From assembly GCA_965240325.2 (NCBI GenBank), contig OZ260671.1, positions 1 through 64,000 on the forward strand: 64,000 nt of DNA. The letters run 5' to 3'. Source of the DNA: Rebecca billardiae RCC1528 (lineage: Eukaryota > Protista > Haptophyta). Under the pieces are notes generated by a model, which was not told the origin of the DNA, did not search any database, and worked only from the letters and a program-made list of their open reading frames with translations. The translations under genes and the position numbers were made by a program. Positions 11,945-24,531 of this stretch are shown here, piece after piece. Each line of letters opens with the position of its first letter. Positions within the stretch are counted from its first letter, which is position 1.

Positions 11945-12042
11945 AAGTTCCTGTTTCGTCGAAAACTTAATGTTTTTTAATTGGAATAGGTTTTTTGTTG
12001 TAAAATTAAATTTAAAATAACTAATGTGTAGATAAAAAAAAA

Positions 12043-12159
12043 ATGTTCGCATTAAAACTTGTTGTATACAGTACTGTAATCTTTTTCGTTTCACTATTTA
12101 CATTTGGTTTCTTATCTAGTGATCCTTCTCGTAACCCTAATCGAAAAGATATCGATTAA
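12043..12159 (+). CDS. psbI: Photosystem II protein I
   Basis: Manual translation [38 protein letters not shown]. Confidence 0.96.
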   Translation: MFALKLVVYSTVIFFVSLFTFGFLSSDPSRNPNRKDID

Positions 12160-12167
12160 GTTTCATT

Positions 12168-12208
12168 AGTTAAAATTGCATCAGATTTACTCTGTTGTAA
12201 TTTTAACT
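12168..12208 (+). terminator. Stem-loop 3' of psbI
   Basis: AGTTAAAATTGCATCAGA-tttac-TCTGTTGTAATTTTAACT followed by a T run. Confidence 0.6.
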
Positions 12209-12333
12209 TTTTTATTAGTTGATTCACGAGATAGATAGCCCTTTCCTTTTTCTTTTATTTTTAGCTTTAAACTTGTGTTCTTGAACAAAACTCATTAAAA
12301 TTCTTATAGTTTTATTGAACTCAGAGTTTTATT

Positions 12334-13593
12334 ATGGAACAAAGAGCCTCTCTTTCCCCATTTTTAGGTCGTGTTTTTCGCACGTTAATTGTTATTACAA
12401 TTGCAAGGTTTGGTAATTATGTTCCCATACCTGGAATAACGGAAGTGGAATCCTTATATGAGAATTCTTTCCGTGGTTCATCCATCTATAACTTGAGTAC
12501 CTTCTCAGGTGGTTCAAATGTAATAAGTATCTTTACTTTAGGGCTAGGCCCTTTTTTTAGTGCTAGTATATTAATTCAGTTTTTAACTAAGTTATATCCG
12601 AGCTTTGAAAAGCTTCAAAATGAAGACGGCGATGCCGGACGTAAGCAATTAGTTCGTTATACTCGTGTGTTTACAGTTTTTTTTAGCATTGTTGAAAGTA
12701 TATTTCTATCTAATTCGCTTAGACCCTATGTATTTTCATGGACGTTCGAGTCTTATTTTATAGTAGCCTTCTGTTTAAGTACAGGTTCATTGATCCTCGT
12801 TTGGCTAAGTGAGATTATTACAGAAAGAGGTATTGGTAATGGCTCTTCAATTCTAATCTTAGCAAGTAATTTGTCTCGCTACCCAGATATTTTAATTAAC
12901 AAACCTGAATTTGATAGCATCGGCTTAAGTTACCAAAGTTTAAGATATATTGGCTACCTGCTGGTCACTCTTTTAATCATGTTAGTTTTCAGCAGTTTCA
13001 CTCAGGAAGGTGCTAGGCGAATAAGTATAATATCACCTAAGCAGCTTGTTGATGGTAGCTCAGACGATGTTAAAGTTTCTTACATTCCATTAAGGTTTGG
13101 TCAAGCTGGTGTTATTCCAATAATTTTTGCTTCCTCATTGCTATTATTTAGTTCGTCTTTATTACAGAAATCGGAACAGTTTGTTACATTGAATCAGTTT
13201 CTTGCAAATAATAACCTTAGCCAGTTTGCTTACTTTTTTTCTTTCTTATTTTTAATCATCGTTTTTAGCTTCTTTTATACCTTAATTCTTCTTAGCCCTA
13301 AAGATATCTCAAAAAATTTACGAAAAATGTCTTCTGTGATTAGTAATGTGAAACCAGGGCTTGAAACTAAAGTTTATCTTAGAAAATCAATACTCCAAGC
13401 TTCCTTAATCGGGTCTGTCTTACTATCAATACTAATTTTGATTCCTTTCGGCGTAGCAAAGGTCTTCAATGTACCGCCTTTATCTATTTCGGGGATCACT
13501 TCTTTAATACTTTCGCTGAGTATTCTTAATGATACTTCTAGACAAGTTTTAGCATACTTTGAAACGCGTAAATTCTTACTTTTATCAGACTAA
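12334..13593 (+). CDS. secY: Preprotein translocase SecY (divergent)
   Basis: Multiple TM segments, YVPIPG, SIFTLGLGP, ITERGIGNGSS, QAGVIPIIFASS. Confidence 0.95.
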   Translation: MEQRASLSPFLGRVFRTLIVITIARFGNYVPIPGITEVESLYENSFRGSSIYNLSTFSGGSNVISIFTLGLGPFFSASILIQFLTKLYPSFEKLQNEDGDAGRKQLVRYTRVFTVFFSIVESIFLSNSLRPYVFSWTFESYFIVAFCLSTGSLILVWLSEIITERGIGNGSSILILASNLSRYPDILINKPEFDSIGLSYQSLRYIGYLLVTLLIMLVFSSFTQEGARRISIISPKQLVDGSSDDVKVSYIPLRFGQAGVIPIIFASSLLLFSSSLLQKSEQFVTLNQFLANNNLSQFAYFFSFLFLIIVFSFFYTLILLSPKDISKNLRKMSSVISNVKPGLETKVYLRKSILQASLIGSVLLSILILIPFGVAKVFNVPPLSISGITSLILSLSILNDTSRQVLAYFETRKFLLLSD

Positions 13594-13669
13594 ACTCTTA
13601 AAAACTTTATTAATTTTTTGCTAGACATTTCTTTATTATTTCGATATAATATAGATCAAGTTAATAAAT

Positions 13670-13741
13670 TCCTCAGTAGCTCAGTGGTAGAGCAATCGGC
13701 TGTTAACCGATTGGTCGTAGGTTCAAATCCTACCTGGGGAG
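13670..13741 (+). tRNA. trnN: tRNA-Asn(GUU)
   Basis: TCCTCAG/CTGGGGA acceptor, ATCGG-CTGTTAA-CCGAT. Confidence 0.96.
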
Positions 13742-13838
13742 TCATTTTTGACAAAAAAAAAATTATACTAGGTATATTTATGGGAGTAGAATTCCTGAGA
13801 GAAAATTTTCAACTTTTATTATTCTAGGCTTACCTATT

Positions 13839-14582
13839 ATGTACGAAGGAATCAGTCAAATCATTTTACCGACTTTCTCACTCGCTGGTGGTGTTGAAGT
13901 TGGAACACATTTCTATTGGGATATCGCCGGTCTTAAGCTTCATGGTCAAGTATTCATTGTTTCATGGATTGCATGTACTGCAGTTATAATATTTGCAATT
14001 GCTAGTACAAAAAACCTTGAGCGTATTCCTAAAGGTCTTCAAAACTTCGGAGAATTTGTTTTCGAATTTGTTGAGGATATTGCTAAAAACCAAATCGAAG
14101 GTGAAGATTACAGAACTTGGTTACCTTATGTAGGTACTGTGTTCTTATTTATCTTTGCATGTAACTGGTCTGGTTGTTTATTACCTTTAAAACTTATTGA
14201 GTTACCTGAAGGTGAGCTTGTAGCTCCAACTAATGATATTAATACAACAGTAGCCTTATCCTTACTAACTTCGATAAGTTACTTTGTTGCAGGACTTTCA
14301 AAGAAAGGTTTTGGTTACTTCAAGAGATATGTTGAACCTACACCTATTCTTTTACCAATTAATATCTTAGAGGATTTTACTAAGCCTCTATCACTAAGTT
14401 TCCGTCTTTTCGGTAACATTCTTGCAGATGAATTAACAGTTTCTGTATTAGCACTGTTAGTCCCTCTATTTATACCACTACCTATTATGGTTCTTGGTGT
14501 TTTTGCGAGTTCGATTCAGGCTCTAATCTTTTCAACTTTATCAGCCGCATATATTGGTGAAGCTTTAGAAGATCACCATTAA
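13839..14582 (+). CDS. atpI: ATP synthase CF0 subunit IV (a)
   Basis: [36 protein letters not shown]. Confidence 0.98.
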   Translation: MYEGISQIILPTFSLAGGVEVGTHFYWDIAGLKLHGQVFIVSWIACTAVIIFAIASTKNLERIPKGLQNFGEFVFEFVEDIAKNQIEGEDYRTWLPYVGTVFLFIFACNWSGCLLPLKLIELPEGELVAPTNDINTTVALSLLTSISYFVAGLSKKGFGYFKRYVEPTPILLPINILEDFTKPLSLSFRLFGNILADELTVSVLALLVPLFIPLPIMVLGVFASSIQALIFSTLSAAYIGEALEDHH

Positions 14583-14674
14583 TTTGAATTTGTTCACTTT
14601 ATTTTTGGTCTTGAACTAGGCCATATAGCAAGAAATTTGTTAATTTAAGCAATATTAATTATAAATTTTCATAA

Positions 14675-14935
<261 letters not shown>

Positions 14936-14949
14936 TCAGAAAAGCTTTA

Positions 14950-14982
14950 TAACTTCGGGTAACTTAGTTTAACCCGAAGTTA
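14950..14982 (+). terminator. Stem-loop 3' of atpH (probable mRNA-stabilising hairpin)
   Basis: TAACTTCGGGT...ACCCGAAGTTA 11-bp perfect stem. Confidence 0.7.
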
Positions 14983-15029
14983 AAAAAAAAAACACGTGTT
15001 TAGATACGTCATATTAAAATAAAAGAAAA

Positions 15030-15512
15030 ATGTCTAACTCTTTACTTTCGTCAGTTTTTATTATTATTGGAGCAGAGGGTGAAGGCGGACTTTTTGATTT
15101 TAACGCAACTTTACCTTTAATGGCAGCACAAATTGTTGCCTTAGCAGTACTGTTAAACTTTGTTTTTTACAAACCCTTAACAGAAACTATTCTTGAAAGA
15201 CAAGACTTTATTCAAAAGTCTTTATCTGACGCTAAAGAGTTTTTAGTGAAAGCAGAAAGTCTTTTTGAAGACTATGAAGAAAAGATTGCTTTAGGTCGAA
15301 AAGAAGCACAGCTATTAGTAAGCAATGCTGAAAAAGAAGCTCAAGAAATCGTTTCTGTAGAAGTTTTAAAAGCACAACAAGATGCTCAAAAGCTTATAGA
15401 TGAAACAAACCTTGAACTTGAAAAGCAAAAGACGCAAGCTATTGACATGCTAGAAAAGCAAGTTGATTTATTAACTGATGAAATCAAAAATAAATTACTT
15501 GTTACTTCATAA
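15030..15512 (+). CDS. atpG: ATP synthase CF0 subunit II (b')
   Basis: GGLFDFNATLPLMA, FYKPL, coiled-coil. Confidence 0.96.
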   Translation: MSNSLLSSVFIIIGAEGEGGLFDFNATLPLMAAQIVALAVLLNFVFYKPLTETILERQDFIQKSLSDAKEFLVKAESLFEDYEEKIALGRKEAQLLVSNAEKEAQEIVSVEVLKAQQDAQKLIDETNLELEKQKTQAIDMLEKQVDLLTDEIKNKLLVTS

Positions 15513-15594
15513 TATAAAAGCTATAAACTTTTGAAGTTCAGCATTTACACCTTCAATGTGAAGGTATACAGAATCAAATTAAATTTCTATTAAA

Positions 15595-16152
15595 GTGATA
15601 ATTAATAGCATGAATATCGCCAATGCATATTTCTTAAACTCTCTTTCTATCCTTTCAGAAGGAGGTTTTGGTCTCAATACAAATGTTTTTGAGACGAATA
15701 TTGTAAACTTGGCTATTCTTTGGTTCGGTTTATTTTCCTTTTTAAAAGAACCTTTACTTTCTTCACTATCAGAGCGTAAAAATAAAATTCAAATTGCGAT
15801 TCAGGAAGCTGAAGAGCAATTAGAGCAGGCAAAAACAAGATTGGCTGAAGCAGAAAAACAATCTAGCCAAATTCAACTTGTTTTAGACCCTATTAAAAAG
15901 GAAGCTGAGAACTCAGCGAAGAATTTAAAAGATTCTGTATTAGCGCAAGGTAAAAACGACATCGAAGCTATTACTGTTCGAGCAAAGAATCAAATTTTCT
16001 CTTTAGAAAACCAAATTAAAGAGCAAATTTTCTCGCACGTTATCGACCTTGCACTAAAGCGCGTTCAATCTCAGCTTGAAACAAATCTAAGCCAAGATAT
16101 GCAAGTTAAAATTATTGATGCAAATATTTCTAGATTAGGGGGGCTATCGTGA
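15595..16152 (+). CDS. atpF: ATP synthase CF0 subunit I (b); start GTG 15595 or ATG 15610
   Basis: GFGLNTNVFETNIVNL; position in the atp operon. Confidence 0.94.
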   Translation: MIINSMNIANAYFLNSLSILSEGGFGLNTNVFETNIVNLAILWFGLFSFLKEPLLSSLSERKNKIQIAIQEAEEQLEQAKTRLAEAEKQSSQIQLVLDPIKKEAENSAKNLKDSVLAQGKNDIEAITVRAKNQIFSLENQIKEQIFSHVIDLALKRVQSQLETNLSQDMQVKIIDANISRLGGLS

Positions 16153-16709
16153 TAGATAAGACAATCGCCTCTAAAGTAGCTTCTCCTTATGCTGAGGCGT
16201 TACTAGATTTTGCTAAGCGCGAAAGTAAGTTTGATGAGTTAAATCAAGATATTAATGTGATTTCACAGTTTATCTCTAACTCAACTGACCTTGAGCGCTT
16301 CCTTGCTAACCCTGTCGTAACAAAAGAATCTAAAAAGACAGTTTTAAAAGACTTGTTAGGTGAACAAGTTTCTAATGCTACTTTAAAATTCTTAATGTTA
16401 CTTGTTGATAAAGATCGTATAGATTATTTAAGTGCAGTTACTGATGCTTATGTTAAGTTAGCCTCTAAAGAGTCATCTACTGAGGTTGCAGAAGTAACAT
16501 CTGTAACGCACCTTTCTTCGGAACAACAAGAGAAATTAAAATCAAACCTTAAGCAGTTACGTGGTAGCTCAAATATTGAGCTTGTACTAAAAGTAGATCC
16601 TTCATTATTAGGAGGCTTTGTAGTTCAAGTAGGCTCTTCTGTATTAGACTTTAGTCTATCAGGGGCACTAAAGAAAATGGAAAACCATTTTCAATCACTA
16701 ACTATTTAA
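16149..16709 (+). CDS. atpD: ATP synthase CF1 delta
   Basis: KVASPYAEAL, VDPSLLGGF; GTG start overlapping the atpF stop (GTGA). Confidence 0.95.
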   Translation: MIDKTIASKVASPYAEALLDFAKRESKFDELNQDINVISQFISNSTDLERFLANPVVTKESKKTVLKDLLGEQVSNATLKFLMLLVDKDRIDYLSAVTDAYVKLASKESSTEVAEVTSVTHLSSEQQEKLKSNLKQLRGSSNIELVLKVDPSLLGGFVVQVGSSVLDFSLSGALKKMENHFQSLTI

Positions 16710-16759
16710 GCTAAAAAATTATTATTATTTTTTAACCGGTTAAACTGTTTAAACAATAA

Positions 16760-18268
<1,509 letters not shown>

Positions 18269-18276
18269 ATTCTTTT

Positions 18277-18333
18277 TCTAAGACTTATATCAAGATTCAA
18301 TTGTTTATACAAAATTCTTGGTTAAGTCTTAGA
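18277..18333. terminator. Inverted repeat between convergent atpA and ccs1
   Basis: TCTAAGACTTA...TAAGTCTTAGA followed by a T run. Confidence 0.65.
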
Positions 18334-18341
18334 TTTTTTTT

Positions 18342-19676
18342 TTATTTTTTTAATAAATTACTCATTTGGGTTAAGAAATAGCGCTCAAAAGCTACTTTTG
18401 CACGGTTTGAGCTTCCACCGATGTATACTTTTTCCTCGTTAAGAAAGACCCATATCTTTGAGAATGAGGTAAAGCTACATAGTGTACTTATTATTAAAAA
18501 GACGAATCCAGAGTACACAAAAGGAATACCTGGGTCACTTTTTATATCAATACCTGTTGAAGGTACCACTTCATTTAATTTAAAGCTTATTCCTTCTCTA
18601 TCGTATTTTTCATTCTCTTTTAGGTCCGTAAGAAAATTCCCTTCCTTATCATATAGAGAAACTTTTTTATCTAAGTCCTTTAAGAGAACATTAAGTTCTT
18701 TATTATTTTCATATACTTTTGTTAGCCAACGGCTACCGCCGTTTACTTTTATTTTCTTAGTTTGGTACTGCATTATTTTTTCTTCTTTGTCTATAGATAC
18801 ACGAATACCTAAGATGTCCCAATCCGATTGGTAAAAAGTTAAATCTTTGTAATGTAAAGGGTTGTTTACAGAAATTATTTTACGCCTTAGCTCATCTCCG
18901 CTAGAGTTAAGTAACGATAGGTCACTATAAAATTGGTTTATTGAATTATTTTGCTTTTCTCCTTTCACGTAGTCGATCCAAAAACTATTTACCCTAACCG
19001 CAATATCCGGGTGCGTTGAGCTAAATTGCCCAGCATTTAAAATATTTTGAAGGTGAAAAACTTCGCTTTTTGGAATAAATTCTTGCCCTCCATAACCAAA
19101 GCTCGCACCAATAATGGCCCCAACAAAAATCTGAATTATACTTATATGAACAAATATTGGTGCTATGCGCCCAATAATTCCCTTGTAACAAAAAAAATAA
19201 TTTTTATGCTGAAAAATATTATACGTTTGCTTGTTTAATATGCGTACTATAGAGCCAAATTCCTGTTTAGGTACTTCAATCTTTAAATCCAGCGGCTTTA
19301 GTTGAGTTTTCCTTTTTAAAAACTTCCAAGACTTTGAAATTTTTAATGTTGGGAGCTGGGTAGTAAAGGTACAACTAACTAAGCTTACCCCCAAAATTAC
19401 TAAAAGGCTTAAATACCACCAAGACCGATAAACGTTATCTAACTTAAAAAGCTTTATTACTTTCCAGTTAATTACTCCTAAAAAGTTCGCATTCTCTGGG
19501 TAGTTCTCTTTATAAAAGTCTAAAACTTGGTTCTGTTCTATAATTGTTCCAAGGATACTAAACCCAGCAATTAGTAATAATATAAAAATTGCGAATTTTA
19601 AGTTACTCAATATACTAATCAATTGTTTAAAGTATTTTTGAGTTTGGTACTTATTGTTATTATTTAAAGTAGTCAT
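18342..19676 (-). CDS. ccs1: Cytochrome c biogenesis protein Ccs1 (ycf44/CcsB)
   Basis: SILGTIIEQ, SCTFTTQLP, APIFVH, QFYSDLS, IKSDPGIP. Confidence 0.95.
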   Translation of the reverse strand: MTTLNNNNKYQTQKYFKQLISILSNLKFAIFILLLIAGFSILGTIIEQNQVLDFYKENYPENANFLGVINWKVIKLFKLDNVYRSWWYLSLLVILGVSLVSCTFTTQLPTLKISKSWKFLKRKTQLKPLDLKIEVPKQEFGSIVRILNKQTYNIFQHKNYFFCYKGIIGRIAPIFVHISIIQIFVGAIIGASFGYGGQEFIPKSEVFHLQNILNAGQFSSTHPDIAVRVNSFWIDYVKGEKQNNSINQFYSDLSLLNSSGDELRRKIISVNNPLHYKDLTFYQSDWDILGIRVSIDKEEKIMQYQTKKIKVNGGSRWLTKVYENNKELNVLLKDLDKKVSLYDKEGNFLTDLKENEKYDREGISFKLNEVVPSTGIDIKSDPGIPFVYSGFVFLIISTLCSFTSFSKIWVFLNEEKVYIGGSSNRAKVAFERYFLTQMSNLLKK

Positions 19677-19779
19677 TTAATTTTTTTTTACTAAAGCTAA
19701 ATATACTTAATACTAAATTTTTGTTAATATTTATTAAAGTTAAACAAGTTTTTTCTCTAAACTAACTTTACTTTTTCTA

Positions 19780-20583
19780 ATGTCAATGATAGATGAATAT
19801 ATGGAAATTTTTAATACTATAAAAAATACGCTAGTTGCTGTTAGTTTACCCCTTAAAAATATAAATTTTACTAAATTAACATCCCATTTAGTTTTTATTT
19901 CACCTGCTCAGGCTAGCGATAATGATAAGTTAATAGAAACCACAATATTGCCTGCTTTTAATAGTACCGACACTATTAAAGTTAAATCAAACTTTTCGGA
20001 TGAAGATTACCCGATAGTTAAAGAAACTCGTGTTTACTGTATAGTAAATAAGTATAACGAGTTAATTAAAGCGTCATCACGTTTTGTATATTCTTCATCT
20101 ATAAAATCGAAGCCGATTTATTGCTTATTTTTATCTAAACACGACGCGTTAGATTTTTTATACAAAGTTGCTAAAAGCCACCCCAGCTCATTTAAAAAGT
20201 CAGGTTTAGGGGTGAACTCTTTCTCTTTAAAGCAATATTTTGACATTGTAAAGAAAAATAGAAGCAACTCAGATATTACATTATTGAACGATTTACAAGA
20301 AGTAGAATTTTTCTTTCGTAACGCAAAAAAAGCTTCTGGGAAATTTAAATATATTGTTCATAAAAAAGTGGACATAGGTAAACCTATTTCAGATGTCCTT
20401 GCGTATCGTATAAATCCTTATGATAAAGAAAACCCTTTCTCTAATTTAGTCTTCCTTAAACTAGAAGAAGCCATTGATTTTTGGAAAGATATTTCAACTA
20501 CTAGAAACAGACGCTTGACTGTTGAGCTCTTTCCTATTTCTCCATATTTACTAGAAAATGCGATTTTTACAAATGACATATAA
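19780..20583 (+). CDS. ycf80: Ycf80 / Tic22-like protein (divergent)
   Basis: VYCIVNKYNELI..LFLSKHDALDF..LGVNSFSL..LLNDLQEV pattern resembles Tic22/Ycf80; judged by eye. Confidence 0.6.
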   Translation: MSMIDEYMEIFNTIKNTLVAVSLPLKNINFTKLTSHLVFISPAQASDNDKLIETTILPAFNSTDTIKVKSNFSDEDYPIVKETRVYCIVNKYNELIKASSRFVYSSSIKSKPIYCLFLSKHDALDFLYKVAKSHPSSFKKSGLGVNSFSLKQYFDIVKKNRSNSDITLLNDLQEVEFFFRNAKKASGKFKYIVHKKVDIGKPISDVLAYRINPYDKENPFSNLVFLKLEEAIDFWKDISTTRNRRLTVELFPISPYLLENAIFTNDI

Positions 20584-20651
20584 AATAAAGTAAAAAACTT
20601 TTCATATTTCCATTTTTTTAGTACAATACTACTAACGATTTAATTCTGAGA

Positions 20652-20722
20652 GCGGGCATAGTTTAGTGGTAAAACCTCAGCCTTCCAAGCTGATGATCGG
20701 GGTTCGATTCCCCGTGCCCGCT
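20652..20722 (+). tRNA. trnG: tRNA-Gly(UCC)
   Basis: GCGGGCA/TGCCCGC acceptor, TCAGC-CTTCCAA-GCTGA. Confidence 0.95.
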
Positions 20723-20743
20723 AATTTTCAGAAAAGTAATTTT

Positions 20744-20816
20744 GCTGGTGTAGCTCAATTGGTAGAGCAGCTGATTTGTAATCAGCAGGTTAAGGGTTCA
20801 AGTCCCCTCACTAGCT
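20744..20816 (+). tRNA. trnT: tRNA-Thr(UGU)
   Basis: GCTGGTG/CACTAGC acceptor, GCTGA-TTTGTAA-TCAGC. Confidence 0.95.
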
Positions 20817-20977
20817 TATAAGGTTAATAGAAATATAGCTTTTCACTTCGGTACAATTTATATGTTTTCAAGCAAATATTATAATTTATAGTATAATTAA
20901 ACAAAAGAAATCATATAGTCATTAACTAGATGGTTAAATAAAAATATCTTTCTTAACATCCGATTGGAGGAAACATA

Positions 20978-21232
20978 ATGTCTGGAGGTTCAACGGGAGA
21001 ACGTCCCTTCGTTGATATCATTACTAGTATTAGATATTGGATTATTCACAGTATAACAATCCCTTCTCTGTTTGTAGCTGGGTGGTTATTTGTGGCTACA
21101 GGTCTAGCTTATGACATCTTTGGTACACCGCGACCAAATGAGTACTTTACAGCAGATAGACAACAAGTGCCTCTCGTGAACGACCGATTCAGTGCTAAAC
21201 AAGAGCTAGAGGATTTAACAAAGAGTTTATAA
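20978..21232 (+). CDS. psbE: Cytochrome b559 alpha
   Basis: [24 protein letters not shown]; GGAGG RBS. Confidence 0.98.
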   Translation: MSGGSTGERPFVDIITSIRYWIIHSITIPSLFVAGWLFVATGLAYDIFGTPRPNEYFTADRQQVPLVNDRFSAKQELEDLTKSL

Positions 21233-21258
21233 AATAAATAAAGGAGATTTATAAATTA

Positions 21259-21523
<265 letters not shown>

Positions 21524-21588
21524 AAAGTCTTGAAATTTAAGGCTGTAAGAAATTTTTGTAGATAATTTTAAGGAATTAATACTTTAAT

Positions 21589-21708
21589 ATGACAAATACA
21601 GGGCGTATACCTCTTTGGTTAGTGGCTACTGTTGGTGGTCTTGCTGTTATCGCAATGCTAAGTTTATTCTTCTTCGGGTCTTACTCTGGTTTAGGCTCAG
21701 CACTATAA
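21589..21708 (+). CDS. psbJ: Photosystem II protein J
   Basis: Manual translation [39 protein letters not shown]. Confidence 0.97.
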   Translation: MTNTGRIPLWLVATVGGLAVIAMLSLFFFGSYSGLGSAL

Positions 21709-21796
21709 AAAAAAACACGCTTTCTACAGCGTGGCTTTGGTTTTCAATAATTAATAAAGTTTTTAAACTTTTTATTACTTAGTTTTCGAAAATACT

Positions 21797-21832
21797 TTAG
21801 AAAACTCGATCTTTTTACTTCGAGTTTTCTAA
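21797..21832. terminator. Inverted repeat between convergent psbJ and psaI
   Basis: TTAGAAAACTCGA...TCGAGTTTTCTAA 13-bp perfect stem. Confidence 0.7.
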
Positions 21833-21854
21833 TTAAAGTTCCATTTTTTTATGC

Positions 21855-21965
21855 TTATGAAACTTTTTCTTGTTCAATGTAAATAAATAAGAACGCCATA
21901 GCTATTCCAGGGAAAAATAAACCTACTAATGGTACTAAAATCGAAGGTAAGTATGCAGCTGTCAT
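21855..21965 (-). CDS. psaI: Photosystem I subunit VIII
   Basis: Manual translation [36 protein letters not shown]. Confidence 0.96.
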   Translation of the reverse strand: MTAAYLPSILVPLVGLFFPGIAMAFLFIYIEQEKVS

Positions 21966-22039
21966 ATATTTAATATTTATTTAGATTTTTCTTTTATTAT
22001 ACAATATATAATACTCTTTATTTGGTAAAGAGGTCTTAA

Positions 22040-22112
22040 TACCCCCAGGGGAATTCGAATCCCCGTCGCCTCCGTGAAAGGGAGATGTCCTAGGCCTCTA
22101 GACGATGGGGGC
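22040..22112 (-). tRNA. trnE: tRNA-Glu(UUC)
   Basis: GCCCCCATCGTCTAGAGGCCTAGGAC...CTTTCAC; plastid-type trnE with GATTCGAATTC T-arm. Confidence 0.96.
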
Positions 22113-22194
22113 TTGTTTCATCATCTATAGAAATATACTAACATATTAAATCCCATGAGTCAAGTTTTTATATTTTTTATAACTCGGTATTTTG

Positions 22195-23628
22195 TTACAT
22201 ATTACCTTCAATTTTGAAACTTAGAAGTCGGTCTGCCTCTTGAGCAAATTCCATTGGTAACTCGTTAAATACTTGTTTACAAAAACCCATCATAATTATA
22301 CTTACAGCTTTTTCTATAGAAATACCTCGCTGCGAGAAGTAAAATATTTGCTCTTCCCCTACCTTCGATACAGATGCTTCATGTTCTATCTTTGCACTGG
22401 AATTTTGTACTTGAATATAAGGGAAAGTGTTAGCTTCTGCCTCATTACTAATTAGTAATGAATCACATTGCGAATAGTTCTTTGCATTAAGTGCTTTCGG
22501 ACCTACTTGAACTAGCCCACGGTATGTATTTTTAGATTTCCCTGCAGAAATTCCTTTTGATACTATATTACTTCGTGTATTGCGTCCTATATGGATCATT
22601 TTAGTTCCAGTGTCGGCTTGTTGGTAGTTATGTGTTAAAGCAACAGAATAGAACTCTCCTTGAGACTGATCACCTAATAAAACACAGCTTGGGTATTTCC
22701 AAGTTATTGATGACCCTGTTTCAACTTGCGTCCACGAAACCTTAGATTTCTTACCTACGCATAGTGCTCGTTTAGTCACAAAATTGTAAACTCCTCCGTT
22801 CCCTTCACTATCACCAGCATACCAATTTTGTACTGTTGAATATTTAATGGAAGCGTTTTCGAATGCAATTAACTCAACAATAGCTGCGTGTAGTTGGTGG
22901 CTTTTATATTGTGGTGCTGTACAACCCTCTAAATAACTTATATAGCTATTTTCTTCACCTATTAGTAGAGTTCGCTCAAACTGCCCTGATTCTTCATTAT
23001 TGATTCGAAAATATGTAGATAATTCAATTGGGGATTTTACATTTTTAGGTACATAACAAAATGACCCATCACTAAAAACAGCTGAATTTAAAGCAGAGTA
23101 AAAATTATCACCTACGGGTACTACACGGCCTAAATAGTTTTTGACTAAGTCAGGGTATTCTTCCACAGCATTTGATATTGAGCAGAAAATTATTCCCTCT
23201 TTTAGCAATTCATCCTTTAATGTTGTCCCTAATGAAACACTATCAAAAACAGCATCTACTGCAACATTTGATAGGCAATTATCTGGAGATAAAGGTATAC
23301 CCAGTTGCTCAAATGTTTCGATCATCTGTGGGTCGATTGATTCTTCATCAGGTTTATTTTTTGGTGCTGAGTAATATTGGATTGATTGATAATCAATACT
23401 TGGGTAAGTAATGTGTGCCCACGAAGGACATTTCATTTTTTTCCAAACTTCAAAAGCTTTCAGTCGAAAATCTAGTAGAAACTCTGGCTCTGACTTACTT
23501 TTTGAAAGTTTTCTAATAATCTTTTCATCAATACCTTTCGGAAAATCTTCAACTTCAACTTCTGTTGAAAACCCGTATTTGTAAGGCTCTTGTATTAGAT
23601 TGTTTATATTTGATAAATTATTTTTCAT
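22195..23628 (-). CDS. sufB: Fe-S cluster assembly protein SufB (ycf24)
   Basis: [38 protein letters not shown]. Confidence 0.97.
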   Translation of the reverse strand: MKNNLSNINNLIQEPYKYGFSTEVEVEDFPKGIDEKIIRKLSKSKSEPEFLLDFRLKAFEVWKKMKCPSWAHITYPSIDYQSIQYYSAPKNKPDEESIDPQMIETFEQLGIPLSPDNCLSNVAVDAVFDSVSLGTTLKDELLKEGIIFCSISNAVEEYPDLVKNYLGRVVPVGDNFYSALNSAVFSDGSFCYVPKNVKSPIELSTYFRINNEESGQFERTLLIGEENSYISYLEGCTAPQYKSHQLHAAIVELIAFENASIKYSTVQNWYAGDSEGNGGVYNFVTKRALCVGKKSKVSWTQVETGSSITWKYPSCVLLGDQSQGEFYSVALTHNYQQADTGTKMIHIGRNTRSNIVSKGISAGKSKNTYRGLVQVGPKALNAKNYSQCDSLLISNEAEANTFPYIQVQNSSAKIEHEASVSKVGEEQIFYFSQRGISIEKAVSIIMMGFCKQVFNELPMEFAQEADRLLSFKIEGNM

Positions 23629-23707
23629 ATAATTTAAGAGTAAATTTCCTTATCATCTAAAATTATTATATCAGTTATATCTTATTTAACGTTTAGTAAT
23701 TTTTATA

Positions 23708-23779
23708 AGACGGTACCCAGATTCGAACTGGGGAATAAAAGATTTGCAATCTTCTGCCTTACCACTTGGCTATACCGTC
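23708..23779 (-). tRNA. trnC: tRNA-Cys(GCA)
   Basis: GACGGTA/TACCGTC acceptor, AAGA-TTGCAAA-TCTT, U discriminator. Confidence 0.94.
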
Positions 23780-23834
23780 AATCTTTTCATTCGGTGTTGC
23801 TTAATTTTCCACAAATTTCTAAATTTAGTCAAGC

Positions 23835-24338
23835 TTAATAAAAACTATTTGTTTTCAGCCAGTTTTGCGCTTCGATATAGTTATTCGGAGCTAATGAAAT
23901 AGCTTTTTTCCAATATTGCGCAGCTTTTTTAAACAATGTTCGAGCTTGATCTAAGTTTTTCTGCTCGTTTGCTTTTGTTGCTTGATAATGATAAATTACG
24001 GCTATATTATTTAAGGCTTGTGGTAAGCGCTTATTTAATTTTATTGCTTGTAAATAATACTCCAGTGCACGCTCAAACTCTGCATTACTAGAATAAATTA
24101 ACCCCATATTATAGAGAATGTAACTTCGGTCATATGGATCTTCTTCAACATTCAATGCTTGATAATAGTATTCTAACGCTTCACCATATTTTCCTTTTGA
24201 TTGTGCATTCATCCCATAACGATAGTATATAAAGCCTTCTTTTTCTACTTTCGTAAAAGGTAAAGTCTTTACAAAGATATCCGTCATGATACTGAATGTT
24301 TTATCAATAAAATTATCGTTTTCTTGGCTTTGATCCAT
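23835..24338 (-). CDS. ycf3: PSI assembly TPR protein Ycf3
   Basis: [43 protein letters not shown]. Confidence 0.96.
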   Translation of the reverse strand: MDQSQENDNFIDKTFSIMTDIFVKTLPFTKVEKEGFIYYRYGMNAQSKGKYGEALEYYYQALNVEEDPYDRSYILYNMGLIYSSNAEFERALEYYLQAIKLNKRLPQALNNIAVIYHYQATKANEQKNLDQARTLFKKAAQYWKKAISLAPNNYIEAQNWLKTNSFY

Positions 24339-24371
24339 TCAGTTCTTTTTTATTATTTTCAATCTTTTTTA

Positions 24372-24410
24372 AATTTTATTTAGAGGCTAAAAAACCCTCT
24401 AAATAAAATT
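24372..24410. terminator. Stem-loop 3' of petG
   Basis: AATTTTATTTAGAGG...CCTCTAAATAAAATT 15-bp perfect stem. Confidence 0.7.
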
Positions 24411-24417
24411 CTTTTCA

Positions 24418-24531
24418 CTAAATACCTAATTGGTTACCACGTCGGTATTGAAGAAAAGCGGCTACAAATAAACCTAGTGCTGTTACGGGCACTAGTCCTA
24501 AAACAATACCAGATAGTAAAGGTTCAACCAT
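24418..24531 (-). CDS. petG: Cytochrome b6f subunit V
   Basis: Manual translation [37 protein letters not shown]. Confidence 0.96.
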   Translation of the reverse strand: MVEPLLSGIVLGLVPVTALGLFVAAFLQYRRGNQLGI

